DNA of 64,000 bases from contig OZ024745.1 of the NCBI GenBank assembly GCA_964016885.1, positions 33,852,001-33,916,000 of the forward strand, in the 5' to 3' direction. This DNA comes from Eledone cirrhosa. Its lineage: Eukaryota. Numbering within the stretch: the first letter of the stretch is position 1; every line of letters begins with the position of its first letter. The notes under the pieces are model-generated. The model did no database searches. It had not been told where the DNA came from and worked only from the letters and a program-made list of their open reading frames with translations. The translations under genes were made by a program, and so were the position numbers. This document shows, piece by piece, positions 54,045 to 64,000 of this stretch.

Positions 54045-54230
54045 TGTTTCTACGTTAGGCACAAGGCCAGCAAATTACCCAGTGCATTACTGGTACTTTA
54101 TTTTATCGACCCCGTAAGGATGAAAGGCAAAGTCAACCTCGGCGGGATTTGAACTCAGATCGTAAAGGGACGTAACTATGCTGGAAAGCATGGCGTCCGA
54201 CCCTCTACCGATACTGCCAATCCACACCCT
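54045..54230 (-). mobile_element. tRNA-derived SINE, full length, with ~21-bp TSD
   Basis: TSD taataataatctataattaat at 54024-54044 and 54231-54251. Confidence 0.9.
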
Positions 54231-55045
54231 TAATAATAATCTATAATTAATAGTGTATAATAAGGCATGAGGAAGATTACACTATAATAAGGTATAAAAG
54301 TAAGAATAAGGTAAAATATAAAGGAGGATAAAAGTGGAAATAATAAAGATAAAAAAATATATAGAGAATATATAAAGAAATATAAGCGAATATTTGGAGG
54401 GGAAAACACAATGTAAAAAAACCGATTTTTTCAAATAATAATAAAAATATAATAATTATGGGAGGAGAAAACGGGATAGAGAAATATGATCAAGTGTGAT
54501 TAGTTGAGAGAATATAAGATGATAATAGTTATGTCAAGTTTATACATCTTAATAATAAATAATCTGTGTATCAGAGTTGCAGAACCTTCAATTCACTTAC
54601 GGGTTCAAGCCACGTGGCGTGGTCCATTGTTTATCTGTGCGGTCATGCGCGTTTGTTTTTGACACCACAGCAGATGCACAAGTTCGTAAATTCCAATGCA
54701 GATAGAAATCTATTTTTGCTCACCCGGACATTGACGGAGGATCCAATATTCCTAGTTCAATATGTGTGTGGTGTTATTTTGGTCGCACAAATCAATCACT
54801 TGGTTCAATATTATGGAGTATGGTTTTCTGGTCTTCGTAACAGTGTCAGTGGTTGTATATCTGGAAATCACAAGGATCACACGGCTCTGCTCCAAAGCAT
54901 AGAGCTAATTATTATGCTGCCAATACCTTAATGGGACACGGGTATACAATACCTAACTCCTATTAACCTAAGTATATATATATATATATATATATAGTAT
55001 AAAGAAAACAAAAAAATCAGTGATGCATCTGGACTTAATTTAATG

Positions 55046-55136
55046 CGTGTTACAATTGTTTCGCCGGCAGGTAGCTTGAGACATGGTCCTTGTATGGATC
55101 TGGCTGATTCTACTTCTGCAGGTTCTTTCAGACACG
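55046..55136 (-). ncRNA. Hammerhead-like motif with long stem II
   Basis: Minus strand: cgtgt-CTGAAAGA (one extra A)-long stem (gcag..gtag/ctac ctgc)-GAAA-caattg-TA-acacg. Confidence 0.6.
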
Positions 55137-55419
55137 GGTGTTTCGTCTGGAGCAAATTTTATCACTGGGGTGTTATCATAAAAAAAACCCTAAAAACACC
55201 CTACTTCCACTCTTGTCATGCCATTGGCTGTTTTTACTCCATGTCATCACAAGTTCTGGTCAGTATTTACTGCCTCACGGGTCATCAGCCATATTCCGTC
55301 CGACACATTTCGATGGAGTCATGCTCGGTTCAGTATCTCGCGCGTCTGTTCACACTTCAGAGTAAGCATCCACACATACTAATATACACACACATATACA
55401 CACATGCAGACACAGACAC

Positions 55420-57060
55420 TGGACGTTACCTTTGAAATGAATACGGGCATCCACAGACCGTACCATAAGCCCAACGAAAACCTGCAATATGTGAACAAGC
55501 AATTGAATCACCCTAAGTCAGTCATAGAAGCCATAGTTAAAGGGGTATCCAAACGCGTATCCACCCTGTTATCGAACGCAGAAGTGTTTAAACGGCACGC
55601 CAAATATTATAGTGAGGCACTGCGCAGGGGCGGTTACAAAGACAACGTAATATATACGCCGGATAGAGTAGAGCCTAATGATAAGGCGTGCAGTAATGCC
55701 AATAGCGAGGGCGCCTCCTTAGGTAGAAGAATAGATCCGGTAGCAGTAGCCAGGAACACAAATAACAACACAACTAGCATTAATGACACAGGGCCGACCC
55801 GAGGTACGACTAAGGCGCCCATAGGAGCCAGGCCACCCAGTGCGCGGAGGCATGGACTTGGCACGCGCACTGCATACTCCGCGGCAACTGGGACCTTGGA
55901 CAGGACTTCGACAAATAAGAACGGGGCACACGCCACGGAGCACGACTAGCCTGGTTGTAGTGCGACAGCACCGACAATAACATCACATAGACCTAAGGGG
56001 AATAGACGTATAGATGACCACACAGAACGACGTAACTTTATAACTGGAGAGCATAACCACGACGCACGTTGCGAACAAATAGACAGGGACAACACACGGG
56101 ACGAAATTGTGGTTGGGCCGAGAACTGGACGGACATCGAGTCCTGGACACACCAACAAGAATCCACGCACACGAAGGAACAGCTCTAAGGCCGTTACCTG
56201 GTTCAATGCGCCTTACTCCAAACATGTATGCACCAACGTGCCAGAACTTTTCTTCCGAGCCCTGGATGAGTGCTTTCCGCCGACAAACAAGTACCACAAA
56301 ATCTTCAACAGCCACACGGTGAAATTTTCCTTGACCACGGCGCCGAATATAGCCGACTACATGGCTAAAACTAACGCGGTGAAGATGGCGCACACTGGCC
56401 GTCAACCGCGACGACAGAGTTACCGTCTTTCGGAGCGTGGAGAACCACCCAGGGACCTGCCCTCAAATGACAACCCGGCCCCCGAGGCGACCAGAGCGCC
56501 CGCGGATGGCGATATGGTCCGACACCGAGAGGGAAATAGTGGCATGGGGGAAACAACAGTGTCGGCGGTACAACACCCTGTGAACCTTGAGAGGGCTATA
56601 ACAGATCAGGGCCCGGACATCGGATGCACAAGAACTGGCAGAAGAACTTGTAACTGTAGAGCGGGCAACCGTGCCCCCTACAGGGAAAATGCTTGATGAA
56701 AGACTTAATATACAAGTGTGTGGTTACAACCCAAAACGCGCATCGCACCTACATCGGCGCAACATCCACGACCTTTAAATCGCGGATGTATAATCACACG
56801 AATTCCTTCAGGGACCGTAGCAAAAGGCACTCCACTAGGTTAGCGGACCTGGTGCGGGACCTGAAAGACCAAGGCACTCCGTACGCCCTGGAATGGAGTA
56901 TCGTTCGCCACGCGAGGGCATATTCGGCCGGAAGTAGAAAGTGCCGATTATGCCTACACGAGGCCATGGAGATAGTCAGACTGAAGGATGACGGCGTCAA
57001 CTTGTAGTCTGAAATTATCATGACATGCAGACACCAGAGAAGATGCACATTTGCAGCATG
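55420..57060 (+). pseudogene. PLE RT thumb, expanded linker and GIY-YIG, disrupted by stops and a frameshift
   Basis: ORFs 55404-55949, 56109-56696 and 56693-57007 are successive pieces of one PLE protein. Confidence 0.85.
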
Positions 57061-57450
57061 GAATCCTCCGGGTGACGCAGGAAGGGGGCATGGGAACGGG
57101 TACGCACAGACCCGATTGGCCCAACGGGATTAGGGGACCTGATGCCACGCCATGATGACGGTGTGCGACCCGTGAGGCAAACATATGTAAACCAGGTTCG
57201 CACTTGACCGAGCACACAACATTGGAAGATACACCGCATGGGCTGGGGCCGGCTAACACGGGGCCCAGTGCCGCCCGGTCAGGTGCCCTAAACATATAGA
57301 ACAGCACACTCCAGCCACGGTGCCATGCTCAATGGCGACCGGGACGGGCATCCCCTTGAATGTGTACCCCGTCAATCGTGTCTATATACTCTCCACCTGT
57401 TCCACTTTGGAACAGTGATTATTACTATCATTATTGTTCTATTATTATTA

Positions 57451-57625
57451 GGTGGTGGATTGGCAGTATCGGTAGAGGGTCAGACGCCATGCTTTCCAGC
57501 ATAGTTACGTCCCTTTACGGTCTGAGTTCAAATCCCGCCGAGGTTGACTTTGCCTTTAATCCTTACGGGGTCGATAAAATAAAGTACTAGTAATGCTGGC
57601 CTTGTGTCTAACGTAGAAACAATTA
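57451..57625 (+). mobile_element. SINE nested in the PLE 3' UTR
   Basis: Family sequence; flanking attattgttct(a/g)ttatt duplicated. Confidence 0.85.
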
Positions 57626-58122
57626 TTGTTCTGTTATTGTTCTGTTACTGTTACCTGTTCTATACACGGACACAAGTTTGCACCTCATACGACCTGTGTG
57701 TAGTGTATCACATGGACACACGCACCTTCTCCTGTACACACCCCGCGGTTTTTTAATTTTACCCGTTTTTTATTATTTTTTTTTTATTTTACCCCTTTTT
57801 CTTGTACATATTTATGCAGTTACATACAGATTCTAATGTACCCTAAAATATTGTAAATTTATTTATTTTATTTTATTATCATATTGTGTTTATATTCGCG
57901 TGTTTTTATGTGTGGACCTGTGCGTGGGTATATGTACGTGTGTGTGTGTGTAGATGTGTATATATATATATATATATACGTGGGTGGGTGCGGGTGTGTG
58001 TATATGGGCATGGGTGCGTGTATGAATGAGCTTATATGCCCGTGTATGTGCAGACATGTGCATGTATGTACATATGTGTCGGAATGTGGATGTATGTGTG
58101 TATATATATATGTGTGTATATA

Positions 58123-58201
<79 letters not shown>

Positions 58202-59027
58202 CTATATATGTGTGCGTATGTACGTATAGCCACGTATGAGTAGGTGTGTGTGGGTGAGTAAGTGTGTATATATATATGTATATGTGTATATATATATATA
58301 TATATGTGTGTGGGTGCGGGTGCATGCATATGTGGGCCTCTATATGTGTGTATGTGTATTTGTGCATACATGTATGTGTTTATGTGCATCTCATAGGAAT
58401 GTGTTTGGATGATTATATATGGAGTATATATGCTTTTTATTATTACTATTATTCTTGTTTTACTTTATCACATATCCTTTGTATATATCTGTATATATCC
58501 GTATATGTATGTATGAATCTGTGTACATGTGTGTGTGTGTGTATGTATATGTATATATATATGTATATATGGGGAGAGAGTGATATATATATATATCATA
58601 TTGTATATTATATTGTATATTTTATGTTACGGCAATTTACCGTTATTTTATGGTATATTGTGTTTTTTTTTATTGTATAATGTATTTTAAACTTTTAATT
58701 TACGGTTTGTTTATATATGTATATGTGGAAGCACATGTGTGTGTAGGCAAATATGCATATGTACAGGTGTATGCATGTTGCAGCACGTGTGCATATGCAT
58801 ATGTAGATATATATATGTCGGCATATGCGTAGGTATATGTATGTATATATGTGGCTGTGCGTATGCATGTTAAGTTGTCGTTTTTTGTGTGTATATATAT
58901 ATATATATATATATGTGTATGTGTGTGTATGTATGTACGTATGTATGTAGTGTTTGTGTACGTATGTGTATCTTGTATGTATGTGTGGGCATGTGTGAGT
59001 ATATATATATATGTGTGTGTGTATGTA

Positions 59028-59070
<43 letters not shown>

Positions 59071-59774
59071 GTGTGTATGTGTATGTATGTGTATGTATGT
59101 GTGTATGTATATATGTGTGTGTATGAGTGTGTATATATATATATAAATGTATATAAGGTTGGGCGTATGTATGTGTGTGCGCGTATGTATGTATATATGT
59201 GTATGTTTCAGTAGGCCATGCTTATGCCACCGGATACATGGCACGAATTAAGCAGCCGTCATAAGGCTTGTGGCAATATGTATCTTCAAATGGGTGTGAA
59301 TGGGTCCGTGGAAGTGAGGGAGAGAGAGTGTATGTGTATATATACATTTATGTATGTATGTAGGGGTGTGTGTGTCTGCGCATGTAGGCGTATGTGTGTT
59401 TATGCATAAATATGTCTGTGTCTGCTTGTGTGTGTGTATATGTGTGTGTATATTAGTATGTGTGGGTGCTTACTCTGAAGTGTGAACAGACGTGTGAGAT
59501 ACTGAACCCAGCATGACTCCATCGAAATCTGTTGGACGGGTAATGGCTGATGACCCTTGAGGCAGTAAACACTGACCAGAACTTGTGATGACGTGGAGTA
59601 AAAACAGCCAATGGCATGACAAGAGTGGAAGTAGGGTAACACGCAATAAATTAAGTCCAGATGCATCACTGATTTTTCGTTTTCTTTATACTATCTACAC
59701 TCTACTCTGCTGAATATCGAGTGCTAATTTTGGCATACCGCCTATGGAAGCACCATAGCTACCATTATACACAA

Positions 59775-60294
<520 letters not shown>

Positions 60295-60592
60295 CGAAAC
60301 ATATTTAGGTTTCGAAATTCAAATTCATCTACGGAGCGGGTTTGGATTTTGAAATTTAGATTTGTCCAGGAATCACGGCCTTTGCCAATATAAGCTTGTC
60401 TTTATTGACTTATATCGAGACAGACAAATTGTATTCACTTTAATTAGTTTATTTCATTAATAACTAACTTTGTCTGTTACAATGCAAACACGTTTTGTGT
60501 TTATCATATATATTTAGCTGCTCGGAAAGGCCCCTTTCTTGGAGCTGATTTATTGTAAACGACTGAGAGTTTAATCTCAAATTATAATATAG

Positions 60593-60623
<31 letters not shown>

Positions 60624-60744
60624 ATATATATATATATGTATGTATATATATATATATATATAGGTATATATATGTGTATGTATATATATATAGGTATATA
60701 TATGTGTATGTATATATATATATATATATAGGTATATATATGTG

Positions 60745-60841
<97 letters not shown>

Positions 60842-60910
60842 GTGTGTGTGCATAAATATATGGAAAAACATTACATTACGTATTGAGACCTATCTTCCTC
60901 CTGTGTACGA

Positions 60911-60950
<40 letters not shown>

Positions 60951-61557
60951 TCTCTCTATCTCACACACTCTCTCTCTTTCTCTCTGTGGCACATACACAC
61001 AGAGAAACTCAGATGCAAAAAATATCTCTAAACATAGTTGCTTGCTGTAAACAAGCATCAATGATAAAATACCCCAATAAACCGAGAAAGTTGCCAGCGG
61101 CCACCACAAGGAATCGTATTTCGTGTCTTTCAAATGCCGGTTGAATACTCTAAGCTAAACGGTCCTTGTCAACAATCCCTGTCTAAATTAAAAAGTAAAA
61201 TAGAACATCTTGCAAACAACATTACATTGAAAGAATCGAACTTTTGAAGTGGTGAGGGATAGTCGCAGAAAATAGTTGTAAATACAATTGGTTGCTTTAA
61301 ATAATAGCTTAGAAAACCGGGTAAAATGCCCCTATATATTTGGGATCTTCTCTTGATGGATATCATTGACTGACTAAGAAGGAGTGATGCTAGAGCTGTG
61401 AAATATTGCATGCATTAATTCTAAATATTTTTTATTGATAACTGCATAGTTTCTTTCCAGGGACTATGTTGGAAAGTAAACCTCATTTGGTAAGTCCATG
61501 AGAGTATCTTCGTCTACCTATGAACCTTTCAGTCAACCCTCGTATGTATATATGTAT

Positions 61558-61750
61558 ATACGTTTAAATAGCTTGACAAATCGAACATTGTGGTAGGCTA
61601 AGCTAACACACAATATATATACCAGAGCAACGATAGAACTAATCAGGTTGAGAAAAAGTACACCTGGACAAATTAGGTTGCTCTGGTATTTATATTGTGT
61701 GTTAGTTTAGCCTACCACAATGTTCGATTTGTCAAGCCATTTAAACGTAT
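61558..61750. repeat. Inverted repeat, ~74-bp arms, 45-bp spacer
   Basis: 61558-61631 is the reverse complement of 61677-61750 with few mismatches. Confidence 0.9.
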
Positions 61751-62020
61751 GTTATTACTCTAAGGTCCTATCTTATCGAGTGCTTTGCTAACTCATTATT
61801 TCATATAAGTAGGCCGAATTCACTTGCAAACCGCCAGAGATTCGATTTTACTGATTTCCAGTTATATATATATATATATATATTATATTATATTATATTT
61901 AGAGTTTTAAACTCAAACAGTCATTTACAATTAATTAGCTCAAAGAAAGATTCTAGCTAACTTCGTCTTTTACAATACAAACACTTACGTGTTTATCATA
62001 TATTAATTTATATTAACTTG

Positions 62021-62044
<24 letters not shown>

Positions 62045-62051
<7 letters not shown>

Positions 62052-62298
62052 GTAAGGGAAACCCAAACACAAGACAATTCCCCTCTTCAGTTGTCCGCTG
62101 TGGGTTTCGGATGTTTCGACGCATTAAAGACAACACATCTAACCACAGTGCGTTAATAACTTCAGGAATTTATTAGGGAAGGAAAAGACAAAAAAAGACG
62201 AAGTTATTAACGCACTGTAGATAGATGTATTGTCATTAATACGTCGAAACATCGGAGACCCACAGCAGTATTGTCTTATGTTTCCCTTACATTTCTAA
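62045..62298. repeat. Inverted repeat, ~100-120-bp arms, next to (TA)n
   Basis: tagaaatgtaagggaaac...gttaataacttc pairs with gaagttattaac...gtttcccttacatttcta. Confidence 0.85.
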
Positions 62299-62343
62299 AC
62301 ACTTTTTTTTATTAGTAACCACACAACACCTTGTCCCTTTGTT

Positions 62344-62416
<73 letters not shown>

Positions 62417-62502
62417 ATAGATATATATGTGTATTTATATACATATGTGTATAATACATATATATATATGTATAAATATATGTGTATTTATATACATATG
62501 TG

Positions 62503-62569
<67 letters not shown>

Positions 62570-64000
62570 CGTGTGTGTCTGTGTTTGTGTGCGTGCGTGT
62601 GAGATGATCCTAGTAGTACTAATGAAGTGATAAAAAAAATCTGGCTCTGTTAATTCATTTCCGCATTGTTACTTTTAACTGAATCATTTATTTCATGTTA
62701 TCGATTTGGTTTCAGTGAGGAAAACATTGGTGGAAACTTATTATGTTGTCTGTGACGTATTTGTGAGGAGCAGTATGAGGAATACATTAAGAGTGGGGAT
62801 AATGGGAGATACATATGTAGAGTGAGGGAACGATTGGTGTTACGGACACAAAGACAAATAAAGACCATACAAATCGGCGTATCTGCATATATATATACAT
62901 GGAGAGAGAGAAAGAGAGAGAGAGAGGAGAGAGACAGATAGATAGAGAGAGAGAGAGAGATAGAGAGAGGTAGATAGAGAGAGAGGGAAAGTGTGTGAGA
63001 GAAGACTGCTCATAAATATTGTCAAGGAATGTGAGTTAAAAAAACGAGTTGGTTTTAAACAAATACATAGGAAGCACATGTAAGTTTAAATAGTTATATT
63101 GAATGTTCGAAATGCTGTCCGTTTGTATGTACGCCATTATTGCGTAGCTTTCCTATCAGTATGTATGTATGTATGTATGTATGTATCTTTGTATGCGAAA
63201 AGTCAACAAGGAAAAACAATACGGAAAAACAATACCGTGAAATAACTGATTTAATCTATTTTCGGACCTAATTGGATCTTCACTAGAAAGTAGGTATATC
63301 ATCTAAGTAGCCATGTGGAAACACGTCTTTGATGGGCTTATATATTCATTCGCTCAAAATATTTTCTGAAATGGACATACTAATTTGCATTTAATTAGCG
63401 CTCGTGCCGGTAGTTAATTAAGGTGTATATTAAGAAGTGCGCTAAGAAGCCAAAGAGTATGATAAAATTATATATGTATATACACAGAGTGAGTAACAGA
63501 GATTGCGCCAATCTCTATATAAATATACGCATATAAATATGCATAGATATGTAAGTATGCCAGAAATACAAATTTCCCTGTAAACTGAAAACTATTATGA
63601 AAACCTTTAATCGATTTTCGGACCTAGTTGAGTCTTTATCAAAAGGTGCGTATATCATCGAAACAATCATGTGTGAATGTGTATTTCTGTCTGTACATAT
63701 GTATGTTTTTTTTTATTAACTTCACAGGAATGTGTGAAATGATGTGAAAGTACGCTAATATGTAGGCGATATATATATATTTATACGAAAGTACGTATGT
63801 AGGCGATATATATATATTTATACGAAAGTACGTATGTAGGCGATATATATATATTTTTTCACTGTTTTCTCTTTTCTTCTCTTTTATTTTCCTTCTCCCC
63901 CTCCTCCGTTTTCCCAGTAACTTATCCAGTTATTGACGCCCTGGGCGGTAGATATCTTGTCTTTAAAACGTAGAAATATCCGAGACCCCCAGTAGACAAC

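Larger units (their letters stand above)
54995..59694 (+). mobile_element. Second Penelope-like element, 5'-truncated in RT, with inverted copy of its 3' end
   Basis: LDVTF...YHKPNENLQYVN...NHP (from ~55420); VTWFNAPYS...NV..F; KYHKIFNSHTVKFS; CNCR..CPLQGKCL; LIY..TYIG; CRLCLHE; 54995-55419 is the reverse complement of 59412-59694 apart from a deletion. Confidence 0.88.

Overview
AT-rich, microsatellite-dense eukaryotic DNA with no convincing host exon. The (TA)n/(CA)n/(GA)n density and the SINE families suggest a cephalopod such as Octopus (inference). The window is dominated by Penelope-like retroelements (PLEs) and their debris: a near-intact RT + GIY-YIG element with ~730 bp inverted arms (31065-35169), a second 5'-truncated PLE (54995-59694), and several endonuclease/RT fragments. 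The main hidden layer is about 20 type I hammerhead ribozyme (HHR) motifs (whole, partial or degenerate) from roughly ten sequence families. One family carries a repeated CAGAAGA core variant, one shows a compensatory stem I change, and two have very long stem II. Most of these modules sit in (TA)n tracts, often as fold-back palindromes or short head-to-tail tandems. Also present: a Chapaev3-type DNA transposon nested in an old LINE, a mariner relic, a non-autonomous Helitron, an RTE-type LINE 3' end, many tRNA-derived SINEs (several with TSDs), and an unexplained 605-bp tandem unit. All calls are by eye; no database searches or folding were run.
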